From Acidobacteriaceae bacterium (GTDB lineage: Bacteria > Acidobacteriota > Terriglobia > Terriglobales > Acidobacteriaceae), in NCBI GenBank assembly GCA_049518555.1, contig JBEKRR010000013.1, forward strand, positions 5,189 to 69,188: DNA of 64,000 nt, read 5' to 3'. Of this stretch, positions 18,848-29,000 are shown in pieces. The position numbers and the translations under genes are program-made. The notes beneath the pieces were generated by a model. It saw only the letters and a program-made list of their open reading frames with translations. It was not told the origin of the DNA and did not search any database. Every line of letters begins with the position of its first letter. The stretch's first letter is position 1.

Positions 18848-21800
18848 CTAGTTGATGGTGATCGGAACCACGAACGAGCGCGTCACCGTAGGTTGTGTGG
18901 GGACGGAGGATACATACGTGTACGAGGCGTTGACGGTTACAGTTTGCGGGCCGGTGGGAATCGGGGTGTAGAAGTCCACCGAGTTGCCGCCGCATCCGCT
19001 CATTCCAACGCTCACTGCAGCGATGGCAATCAGCATCCACAACGCCTTGCTCAGTCTGCGCCGGCGACGCACGCAGAAGGCAAGGACGCCAAACGGCAGG
19101 AACGCCAACACGGTCCTGGTAGCGGTGGTGCGAAGTTGGGCCGTTGTATTGAAGCCGAGCGACAGCGTTGGCGGGGTCGAGACGCTGAAAACGAATGGCA
19201 CCGTCGAGGTGGTCGTCGCGCACGCGGGCGCCACACATGGCACTGCGATGCTTGTCGCCGGTGACACCTGACCGCTGGCATTCACGGCGAACTGCTCAAC
19301 TGTACAGAACACCCAGGTCGGGTGCTGGGTCGTACAGGTCAGGCCGATCGAGCCGGCAAATGACAGAACTCCGTTAATCGTGATAATCGTCGACTGCGGA
19401 TTGGCGGTGTTCTGGTTCGGCGCCGCGGGCAGACCGTTACCGTTCGGGACGTTGCCCGGAATGACGCTGATCGGGCCCGTTGTGGAGGTTAAGGTGAAGT
19501 CCGGATTGTCGACAATCAGTGCGAACGGAATCGGATTCGTCGTCGGGCAAGATGGGGATGTGGTTGCCAGTTGCCCAGCCACCGAGCAGGCGAAGTCGCC
19601 CTTGCCGTCCCCGTTGGAGCCAGCATCGCCGCTATAGACGAAGCTCAGGTAGTGGGTCCCGGTCGTGGTTGCCTCCGTGGCGGGCAGAGTGAAGCTGCCT
19701 GCCCCAGCGGATAACGTCACCACCGTGTTGCAGGGAATGGAGGCAGTGCTGGTTTGTCCTGTCGCACATGGAGGAATTAGAACGGTTTGCACGCCGTAAG
19801 TAGCTGTTGTCGGCCAAGTGATAGCGCCATTTATGACTTGGAAGGTCCCTGACGTTGGGGTTGGGACGAAGACAGCCGATGTGATTGGGACAAAGTAATC
19901 GTAAACAGAGACCGTACCCGAAGGCGTTCCCTTGCCCGCCGTGACCAGGGAGCTGAGCGTGATCGCGTAGGTGGCAGAGGCCAACCCAGCCGTCGTATTG
20001 GCGACAGAGGTCTTGGCTGCCGTGATGGCGATGCCCGCAGGCGCCGGAGTGACCAAATCCAAGCCGTTGTTGTACGTTATCGCATAGTTGTTCGTGGGCT
20101 TACCACTAATGGTTGGAACCACCGGGAATGGGTTCACCGCTCCTGTGGGGTTCACATCCAGAACCGATGAGTCAAGCGGCGCAGGAGGAACGGGCACCGG
20201 CAACGTCGTGAACGTCGCGCTCAACTTCTTGAGGTCGCTGCCCACGGCCCCGGTGATCACCATATCCGTGGCATAGTTTAAGGACGCAGCTCCGTAGACC
20301 GTCGTGTACTCATTTGCAGGACTGGCTCCTGGGACAACAAAAGAAACGGTCAGAGGGGCCTGGTTTTCAATCACGTTAGCTTGACCAGTGGTCACAGTCG
20401 GGAAGCCATAGCTACAGGCGCTGGCACCGGTAAAGACAACCTGAATCGGATAGCTGCCGGTAGCTGTGAATTGACCGGCGCCGCTGGTGCAGGTCGCCCC
20501 GGCCACCGTAACACCGCCCGCAGTCACAGTGCAGGCGGGGGTAGGAACCGTTCCCCCATAGGTATAGGTGAGCTGGAGGAGCGTGGACGTCACCGTCACC
20601 ACAGTTGCTACCGGAGTGGTTTTGAGTATGATCGGAGTTGCGGTCGTTGTGCTGTTGTTCGTGTCGCCGTTGTAGGTTACGTTGACGGTGTACCACAGGC
20701 CCGCAGTGAGCGCGGGGAAGGTAGTGGTCGTCGCTACGCCACCGACCAGGCTGACCGTCTGCGAGCCGGGCGCTCCGCAGGAGATTCCGCCAACAGTGGG
20801 AGCTATGGTCCAGGAGAAGGTGACCGTACCGGTGGGCGTGGAGCCTCCCGTGGTGAACGGTGCTACGGTCGCGGTAATGGCCTCGCCGCCAACAGCAGTG
20901 CTGTAGTTCGTCGTCGTTCCAGTAATTAACGTACCGTTCGAGGGGGCCAGGGTGATGAGGACCTCCGGGTTCGCACCATTCGCCTGCAAGGAGATCGTCT
21001 GAGTCGAGTTCACCGTGCTCACGGAGACAGTCGCAGCGTTCGCGACGGTGGTCGTTGGAGTGAACGTCGGCGAGATGGTGCAAGTGGTTCCCACCGGAAT
21101 CGGACTGGTGCATGTAGTTGTTGCGCTGAATGCGGCATTGGCAGGGGTAGGCGTCCCCAGGAAGGTCGAGGGCAGAACGACAGGCTGGTTGCCGATGTTC
21201 GAGACGGTCAACTTGCCAGTGCAGGGTGAGTCGCTTCCGAGAACCGGGCAACCCGCCGGCGTACCGGCCACACCTGAAGTTCCCATGGACTCCGGCACGG
21301 TCCCAAACGGAACAATCGGGTTCTGCCGGTTCATTTGCAGGACTTGCTTGTTCCCCGAGTCCGCGACATACAGGTTTCCGTTCGCGTCCAGAGCAAGACC
21401 TGCCGGAGCATTCAGCCCAGCAAAGCTGAGCGGGAAAGGTTTGCTGGTGCTCACAGCGGGAGCCTCCCAGACCGCGTTGCCTGTGCTGTCCGAGACATAG
21501 ACGTTCCCGGCCGCGTCCACCGCAACCCCGTTCGGAGTGTTGATGTTCGTGCCGCCAAACAGCGGAAGCGATGTAAGTACCGACAGCGCAGAGGTGCTGC
21601 CGCCGCCCGGCGTGGTCGTCGTCGGCTGCAGGTCGCCGCCGCCCGGCGGTATGCGAACGATCTCACCGGCCGGATTCCCCGTGTCGGCAACGAAGATGTA
21701 TCCAGGCCAGATTTGTCCGGACGAACCGATCACCGGACCGATCGCAACCGCGACCGGAGTCGTGAATGTGGGCGCGCCAGGATACTGGAAGAGTTGAGTT

Positions 21801-24800
21801 GCGCCGCCCAGCTTGGTGTCGGAGGGAATCTCCACAATCACGGAATTGCCAGTGTCGGCAACGTAGACGTTACCCCACTGATCGACGGCAAGGCCCTGAG
21901 GGTTCTTGAACTTGTATTGCGGAGGGGCCGTGGTGGGCGTTACGGAGGCCCCAGGTTCATTCAGAATCGAAGTAGAGTTATTTGCTTTCCCAGTCAAATC
22001 ATATGAGGTATAGGTGCAGTTTGCAGCCTGTGAGCCCGGGGTATCGCAGGTTGCGCCCGGAATCCAGAGGTAATTGCCAAGCTGGTTCGCCGTGCCGGTG
22101 ACCGGGTTGTACTTGAGGATCCGGCTGTTGCCGGTGTCGGCGATGTAGACATTGCCAGCCGCATCGACCGCAACGCCCATCGGGTTGCTCAAGGTTGAAC
22201 TGGCGGTTGTCGTCTGGCCGTAGAGCGTACTCGATACCGTGATGCTGGGACCAATGACGGTCTGCGTGCCGCCGACAGGAGCGGACTCAACCACGATCCG
22301 GTTGTTGGTCGCGTCGGCGATGTAGACGGTGCCCCTTGAGGTCATCGCTATGGACGAGATGGTGCCCAGACCATTGGCCGCAGAAGTCGCAACTGCTTGT
22401 TGCTGGCCGCCATCGATCGCCAACTGTCCGCCCGTGCCAGTACCGGTGAGCTGGAAGTCGTAGACGGACCCGTTCGCGGTGGTTGCCACCAACTGGCCAG
22501 TCCTCAGCCCCGGCTGCGTCGGATTGAAGGTCACATAGACCAGACAGTCCCAACTGTTGTCGGGCGATGAGAGCCCCAGTTGCGTGCATGTTGGAGATCC
22601 GGTGCTTCCAAACACCGGGTACATCGCAAAGTTGGTTGTCTGCGGGTTATATCCAAAAGCCCCATTCGTCTGCCACAGCGAGCCCAGGGGATATTCCGGG
22701 TCGGTCGTGTCGATCGAGAAGTCCCCGGAACCTGTAACTGTGAATGCATTCGTCGTGTACCCGAGGGAGGGGCCGTCCGGAATCGATGACGAAATGAACC
22801 CTGTCGAGGACTGTGTCCCGCCCCCGGTGAAGGGAGGGTTCGAGACATCAAAGTGCACCTGGATCGGCTGGGTCTCCGACACCATTCTCCAAACGGGTAC
22901 GCCGGTCGCCACCGGAGTCACGTTAGGTACGTTCCCAGTATTCGACGCAATCAGCGAGATGTAGTACGCATGCGGGGTACCAGTGCAGGTCACCCCGGTC
23001 GGGCAGGGCAACGTATAGCTCACTATATTGTTCAGCCCGTAGGTGGTCGTCGCGGACCACGCACCCGCCGTCGCCGGCACCACCGGGGTTGCTGGGAATT
23101 GAATGCCCAACGACAGCTCGCGGATAAGATTGTTATAGTTGTTCCCGAAATACAGGTTCCCCAGACCGTCGTTATCGGTAAAGTAATTGCCGTTGGTGGT
23201 ACCTTTGTAAGAGGTAGCCGCGGCGACCATCCCTGGGCAGCCATCTCCCGGAGGATCATAGCTTTGCGGGCCCCAGGTCCAGGGATGGCCCGCCGTGCCA
23301 TAGATGCAGTCCCATGGGTTCGAAGAGGGCGATGAAGTGGGCGAAACGCCCAAAGAGGCCGGCTGATTGTAGTTGCTGGTGTTATTGAACGTACCGTCCG
23401 CGTTCAAGTTCGTAACGTTGTTGAGGCCAGTGACCGATGACGAGGCTCTCACCGTCCCAGCCCAGTTCGAAATTAGAAGGATTCCATCCGCGGTGTACTG
23501 GTCGACTCGACTGATCTCCTGAAAGTGGGCGTCGAAGGCGTAGAGGTTGCCAAAGCTGTCGGGCTTGACCGAAACCGGCCGAATGAGAAACTCGTTGCTG
23601 GTCGTGACAATTATATTCAGGAATCCCGAAGGCAGAGCGCTGTTGAGCGACGGGTTGCTTATCTCGACGTATATGTTGCCATAGGTGAGCGGCAACTCAT
23701 TCGGCGTCTTTGCGTCGGAGCTGGGGACCGGGTAAGCAGTCTCGGTCGCGCTATAGACAGACGATAGCGTCGGCACCTCCACGGTCAGCAGGCTGGTCAG
23801 CGGAGCGCCGCCGGCGTACCCCACATTTTCGTAGTATCCGGGAACGGCGATGCTGCCCCCAGTCCCGTTGAGTTGATACACATTGCCGTACGCGTCGGCT
23901 CCGCCGTACACATACTGGCTGTTGAAGACAATACCGTTCGCCGGACCATTGATGCCGGTGCCGACCGCAGCGGTGACGGTGGCTGCGCAGGGGGTGGTCA
24001 GTAGCGCGTTGCAGTTGGTGATCGACCGCATGTACCCAGGCTGTACCGTGTACTGGAAGAAGGTCTGGGGGGTCGCCTGGGTGTTGATCACCCGCACCGT
24101 TGTGTTTCCAACATCAGAGATATAGATATTTCCCGCGCTGTCCAGCGTAATCTGGGTGGGAGCGCTCAGGGTGGCGCCCACGGTGGCGCCCGTGATGGCG
24201 GTGTTCTCGAATGCCGGCGCGTTGTCGATGACGACGCCGCCGTTGGATTTCGAGCCCGTGCAAGTGCCCAGGTTGATCTCTCCCGCGATGTGGTACAAGT
24301 ATCCCACCGTTACCTGGCCGTTGGGGGATGCCGCCACCGCGGCCGGGTTCACCAGCGCGATGAAGTTCGCAACCTGCGTGCCGCCGCGGTAGACCACGGA
24401 GACGGTCGAGCTGGTGTTATCGGCGAAGTACACGTTGCCATACGCGTCCACGGCAACGCCTTCGATGCCGCCTCCGATCTTGGCTGTAGACGCTAGAACG
24501 CCGTCCGCGCAGCCGAGGTTCGCTGTGCAGGTCCATGAATTGACCGTGCTGCCCACCGCTTTGCAGCTGCTGGGAGTCACCACTCCCGCGACGATGTCAA
24601 TGAGTCCCGTCGAGTAGTTGACCTCGCGGACGAGGTCGTTGGCTTTGTCGGCGATGTAGATGTCGCCCACCGAGTCGACCGCAAACCCATACGGCCCGTT
24701 CAGCGTTGCACCCGGCACCAGAACCCCCGCACTGTTGATGTACGGGACCGCAGGTCCGCCATCCGCGGCGCTTGTAGTGCTGGGGCTGGAACCGAAGCCG

Positions 24801-24994
24801 CCAACGATGGCGGGGGTGGCTCCGAAAGACCACTGCGGAGTGCCGGCGACCGTGTAGGCCGTATACGGAACCAGCACCGGCGTGTTGCCTGTGTTCGCGG
24901 CAACTGCCGCTCCCACTGCGGCCACGAGGAAGAGCACGGCCACTGTCAGTTGGAGGAGAGTTCGCGTCGAGACGATGTGTTTGCGGAAGAGCAT
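18848..24994 (-). CDS. 2048-aa cell-surface protein: NHL-like beta-propellers, Ig-like (choice-of-anchor D/Big) and MBG-like domains
   Basis: Signal peptide; repeated P.G.AVD..GNVY.AD.GN; TPTGTVTF and V.Y.GD.N Ig motifs; C-terminal TM-RRRRR-TM-GCGG tail. Confidence 0.85.
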   Translation of the reverse strand: MLFRKHIVSTRTLLQLTVAVLFLVAAVGAAVAANTGNTPVLVPYTAYTVAGTPQWSFGATPAIVGGFGSSPSTTSAADGGPAVPYINSAGVLVPGATLNGPYGFAVDSVGDIYIADKANDLVREVNYSTGLIDIVAGVVTPSSCKAVGSTVNSWTCTANLGCADGVLASTAKIGGGIEGVAVDAYGNVYFADNTSSTVSVVYRGGTQVANFIALVNPAAVAASPNGQVTVGYLYHIAGEINLGTCTGSKSNGGVVIDNAPAFENTAITGATVGATLSAPTQITLDSAGNIYISDVGNTTVRVINTQATPQTFFQYTVQPGYMRSITNCNALLTTPCAATVTAAVGTGINGPANGIVFNSQYVYGGADAYGNVYQLNGTGGSIAVPGYYENVGYAGGAPLTSLLTVEVPTLSSVYSATETAYPVPSSDAKTPNELPLTYGNIYVEISNPSLNSALPSGFLNIIVTTSNEFLIRPVSVKPDSFGNLYAFDAHFQEISRVDQYTADGILLISNWAGTVRASSSVTGLNNVTNLNADGTFNNTSNYNQPASLGVSPTSSPSSNPWDCIYGTAGHPWTWGPQSYDPPGDGCPGMVAAATSYKGTTNGNYFTDNDGLGNLYFGNNYNNLIRELSLGIQFPATPVVPATAGAWSATTTYGLNNIVSYTLPCPTGVTCTGTPHAYYISLIASNTGNVPNVTPVATGVPVWRMVSETQPIQVHFDVSNPPFTGGGTQSSTGFISSSIPDGPSLGYTTNAFTVTGSGDFSIDTTDPEYPLGSLWQTNGAFGYNPQTTNFAMYPVFGSTGSPTCTQLGLSSPDNSWDCLVYVTFNPTQPGLRTGQLVATTANGSVYDFQLTGTGTGGQLAIDGGQQQAVATSAANGLGTISSIAMTSRGTVYIADATNNRIVVESAPVGGTQTVIGPSITVSSTLYGQTTTASSTLSNPMGVAVDAAGNVYIADTGNSRILKYNPVTGTANQLGNYLWIPGATCDTPGSQAANCTYTSYDLTGKANNSTSILNEPGASVTPTTAPPQYKFKNPQGLAVDQWGNVYVADTGNSVIVEIPSDTKLGGATQLFQYPGAPTFTTPVAVAIGPVIGSSGQIWPGYIFVADTGNPAGEIVRIPPGGGDLQPTTTTPGGGSTSALSVLTSLPLFGGTNINTPNGVAVDAAGNVYVSDSTGNAVWEAPAVSTSKPFPLSFAGLNAPAGLALDANGNLYVADSGNKQVLQMNRQNPIVPFGTVPESMGTSGVAGTPAGCPVLGSDSPCTGKLTVSNIGNQPVVLPSTFLGTPTPANAAFSATTTCTSPIPVGTTCTISPTFTPTTTVANAATVSVSTVNSTQTISLQANGANPEVLITLAPSNGTLITGTTTNYSTAVGGEAITATVAPFTTGGSTPTGTVTFSWTIAPTVGGISCGAPGSQTVSLVGGVATTTTFPALTAGLWYTVNVTYNGDTNNSTTTATPIILKTTPVATVVTVTSTLLQLTYTYGGTVPTPACTVTAGGVTVAGATCTSGAGQFTATGSYPIQVVFTGASACSYGFPTVTTGQANVIENQAPLTVSFVVPGASPANEYTTVYGAASLNYATDMVITGAVGSDLKKLSATFTTLPVPVPPAPLDSSVLDVNPTGAVNPFPVVPTISGKPTNNYAITYNNGLDLVTPAPAGIAITAAKTSVANTTAGLASATYAITLSSLVTAGKGTPSGTVSVYDYFVPITSAVFVPTPTSGTFQVINGAITWPTTATYGVQTVLIPPCATGQTSTASIPCNTVVTLSAGAGSFTLPATEATTTGTHYLSFVYSGDAGSNGDGKGDFACSVAGQLATTSPSCPTTNPIPFALIVDNPDFTLTSTTGPISVIPGNVPNGNGLPAAPNQNTANPQSTIITINGVLSFAGSIGLTCTTQHPTWVFCTVEQFAVNASGQVSPATSIAVPCVAPACATTTSTVPFVFSVSTPPTLSLGFNTTAQLRTTATRTVLAFLPFGVLAFCVRRRRRLSKALWMLIAIAAVSVGMSGCGGNSVDFYTPIPTGPQTVTVNASYTYVSSVPTQPTVTRSFVVPITIN

Positions 24995-25090
24995 CGGGGT
25001 CACCTGATCCTTGATAAGTGCATTTGCAATCCGGCAGGCTGAGCAACAATGCTCCCAACCACCGGCAAATTTCCTGGCTGATTTCCCAAG

Positions 25091-25103
25091 GGAAACGGTT
25101 TCC
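25091..25103. promoter_or_regulatory. LacI-like operator palindrome upstream of the surface protein
   Basis: GGAAAC-G-GTTTCC, ~100 bp upstream of ATG 24994. Confidence 0.35.
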
Positions 25104-25849
25104 AAAATAAGCGGCATACTACGCGTTCGCTGAAGTCACTTGCAAGAGAAATCTTCAAACGCGCTTGCCTCACGGAGAGAAGGGTCTAATTGCCACCGTT
25201 TCCCCCAGACTCGCCGGCTGCGGCAGCCGGTCTTTTCGTCGCCGCCAACGCGGTCCCCGGCGTGCCCGCCTCAGTATTATTATATTGTCAATGGCGGTCT
25301 GGTCCACGGGAAGCGGTTGCGAAGCGTCCAGCCAGAGAACACCGGCCGCGCCGGTGGTTGGGGCCGGCTGAAGACCGGGATGGACATCGGACGGCAGCGG
25401 TGGCGGAACGCGTTCCGCCCGCGCAGCGGCCGCAGCACCCGCAATCGGAGCGAACGCAGCGAAGATCGTCCTGCGGGGCCGCATGGCCCCATTCCGGGTG
25501 GAGCGGCCCGCCGCTCGGACACGCCCGTCCGGTTTGCCTGCCTGCGCAACATCGCGGTGCCGATTGCTTAGGATTCCGCTCTCCAGATTCCCCCCCTGTC
25601 CGGTTCCTGTGTCGCAATGGCCGCCAGACATTCGGGAACAAACCGATTGGGCTTTTGCCCACCTGTCGATGAAAACACAGAAAACACAAAATCGGTGTTG
25701 AATTGGGGCAAAAACAAAGTAGCATGTTGGGTGAAGCTTTGAAAACTTAAATCTTCCGGGCAGTCCTCCGCCCGGCTCCCAGCCGGGCGCCGCCCCGAAC
25801 GGGGCCACTCGACCGACTCGTACCGTTTCAACGGGATAACATTTTCTTA

Positions 25850-25879
25850 TTGACAATCGCGCCTGTAAACAAATACTTT
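25850..25879 (+). promoter_or_regulatory. Putative sigma70 promoter of the TonB receptor
   Basis: TTGACA-N18-TACTTT. Confidence 0.5.
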
Positions 25880-26012
25880 TTTCGCGTTCCGGCTCATCGG
25901 TATTTTCAGTTTTCTAGTCACCGGCGCAAGGTTTTTTGGGGGATGCTTCAACCGGAAACAACCGGAATCCAAGCCCAACGCCTTCCAGCGCAAAATCAGA
26001 TGGAGCAAAACT

Positions 26013-29000
26013 ATGTATCGCAACACGACAGTTGGGTCTTTGCCGCTCGGGCTTTCACGCCGTCTTCTCGCACAGTGCTTCGCCACCCTGTTCGCCTGCC
26101 TGACGGTTGTCTGCGGGCTAGCGCTCGCCGGCGGCTTGCCGCTCCAGGCGCAGAGTACCAGCGGCGGCGGCATCCAGGGGACCATCACCGATCCCAGCGG
26201 CGCTGCGGTTGCCAACGCGCAGGTCACCGCCACAAATACCGATACCGGGGTTGCGACCACTCACACAACCAGCGGCACGGGGACCTATTCCATCCAGCCG
26301 TTGCCGGTCGGCACGTACAACGTCGAGGTCGTCGCCAAGGGCTTCCAGAGGCTGCTGCAGGAGAACATCGAGGTTGACAACTCCTCGGTGGTCGGCCTGC
26401 CTCTGAAGCTCACCGTCGGCGGGGAGAACACCACCATCACCGTCACGGACGCCCCGGCGTACCTGAACACCACCGACGCCGTGCTCGGCGGAACGATCGA
26501 GAACCAGCTCTATTCTTCGCTGCCGCTCTCGATGAATGGCGGCCCGCGCGATCCCACCGCCTTCCAGTATCTGATGCCGGGCGTGCAGGAGAACCCGGGC
26601 AACAATACGAACCAGGGAACGACCGCCGGCAGCTCGGGCATCTACGGAGGCAGCGGCCAGACCAACCTGAATGCGAACTACGTTGAAGGCGTGCCCGTAT
26701 CCAACATCAACTCACAGGGCAGCGGCACTGCCGTCGCTAATGCGGTGTCGGTCGATGCGGTCAACCAGTTCTCCGTGCAGACCAGCGGCGCGTCCACATC
26801 GTTCGGCGGCGCCGGAGTCACCAACTACACCATCAACTCCGGCGGAAACCAGTTCCACGGCACCGTCTTCGACTTCGTCCGCAACACCATGTTCGACACC
26901 TGGGGCTACTTCTCGAAGGTGCCCTCGGCCACCGGTTATGCGATAAAGCCGGGCGAGCACCAGAACTCCTACGGCGGCTCGATCGGCGGGCCCATTATCA
27001 AGGACAAGCTCTTCTTCTTCGGCAGCTACGAAGGCTACCACTACACCAAGATCAGCAATACGCCGCAGTACATCACCGTCCCCACCATGCTAAATCGCGT
27101 GGGCAACTTCACCGATAAACTGGGCACCATCTCCCAGAGTATCTCGGACCCCACAGCCGCCTCGAACGGCTCGCGTCCCGCCTTCCAGGGAGCGCTGAAC
27201 GGCATTCCGACCCTGAACGTCATCCCTCCATGGGAGATCTCCAACATCTCGCTGGCGCTGCAAGCCGCGCTTCCGCCCCCCACCAATAACGCGACCTTCA
27301 GCAACTATCTTGCCTCTCTTCCGCTTTCGAACCAGGACTACACCGTCGATGTCAAGATCGACTACACGCTGAATTCGCGCAATAAGTTCTCGCTCACCAG
27401 CCTGGGCGGTCTTGTTGGCTACGCCGGCGCGCCCGACTACACCGGAAGCAGTGCGTACAACCAGCTCCCCATTCCCTATGCGGCCGGCCAGTATACCAAT
27501 CAGAAGACGGCTACCGGAATCATCCGGTACACCTTCATTGCCTCGCAGTCCCTGATCAATTCGCTCAGCTACGGATACACCCGCAACTGGGGCGAAGGGT
27601 TCTCCCTGACCAAGGGCACGGCCAATACCGCGACCAAGGCCGGCATCAACAACCTGCCCCCGGGCAACGCCGCGGACAACATGCCCTCCGTCGGCTTCAA
27701 CACGGACAGCGGCCCCACGGCCCCCGCCAACTGGAACTCCAACTCAAACACTGGCCCCGTAGCGCAGAATACCTACTCCATCATCGACAACCTGACCTGG
27801 ATCAAAGGCCGCCATAACATCACCTTCGGCGCCCAGGTGCAGTGGCTGGAGAACAACGGCGGAAGCTACGGAGGCTACAGCCAGAGCCTCGGTCTCACCT
27901 ACCATGCCTACGATACGGCAGGCCCCGGAAACGGCGACACATACGCCAGCTTCCTGGTCGGCGCCGTCTATGGCGACTCCGTCCATACGCAAACGATCCA
28001 GGACGTCGGGGCACGATACAGGCCGATGTCGCCCTATGTTCAGGACAACTGGCAGATCAGCCCCAAGCTCACCCTGAACCTCGGCATTCGCTACGATTAT
28101 CTCCAGCCCTACCACGAAGTCCAAGACCGCATCGCGTTCCTCAACCCCACAATGATCAATCCCATCGTGGGCGTCCCCGGAGTGCTGGAGTATGCCGGCT
28201 TCCCCAATATCAACAACTTCACGGCAGAAACGACAGCGCCCTTTTTAACTGCTGCTCAAGAATTGGCCATGTACGCGCCCTACATCTGCCACTGCACCAC
28301 CCCGGTCCATCCCTATAACAACAACTGGGAGCCGCGCCTGGGCTTTGCCTACGCCTACACCCCGTCTACGGTCTTCAGCGGCGCCTTCAGCCTCTCGCTC
28401 ACCCACTCCGGCGGCGTAGGCGGCGGAACGGGAGCGCTCAACGCCACGGGCAACAACTCTGAGTTCAGCGCCGCCAGCGGCCCCAGCCAGAGCGGAAGCA
28501 CCGGGAACCCGGCTTTCTTCCTGAATCCAAACTACTTCGCCGCGTCGGCTTCGCCACCAGCCATTGTAATTCCCCCCACACAGGGCACACAGGGCACGCC
28601 GCCCCTGGGTCAGGTCCTCGGACCTCCGGTTCCATGCGTCGCGGCAGGCACATGCAGCGCCTTTTCCAACATTCCGTCGTGGACTGCGCCCGGAGTCAAT
28701 GTCAATCCACTGGCAACGACCGGCAGCTACGACTATACGTCCTACAACGCAGACCACCTGAACGATATAGGCTGCTCCACCTCGGGCACCTACTGCAACG
28801 CCCAGGGCGTCAACTATGCCGACCCCTACTATGGCGGCCGCGGTCCACAATATATCAGCTATAACCTATCGGTCCAGAAGATGATCAACAAGAAGGCCGT
28901 TCTAACCGTCGCCTACTCCGGCTCAGAGACCCACTTCCTGCCGGGAGGCTCCGGGCGCGGTTACGCGTTCAATACCTTCTCCCCGGACTATAGCGAGCAG

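Noticed and set aside
25170-25856. 228-aa ORF, or a c-di-GMP riboswitch, in the spacer
   Set aside because: No recognisable domain; it overlaps promoter-like AT tracts; the GGCAAA is not followed by the GAAA tetraloop and GACGCAAA of GEMM-I.
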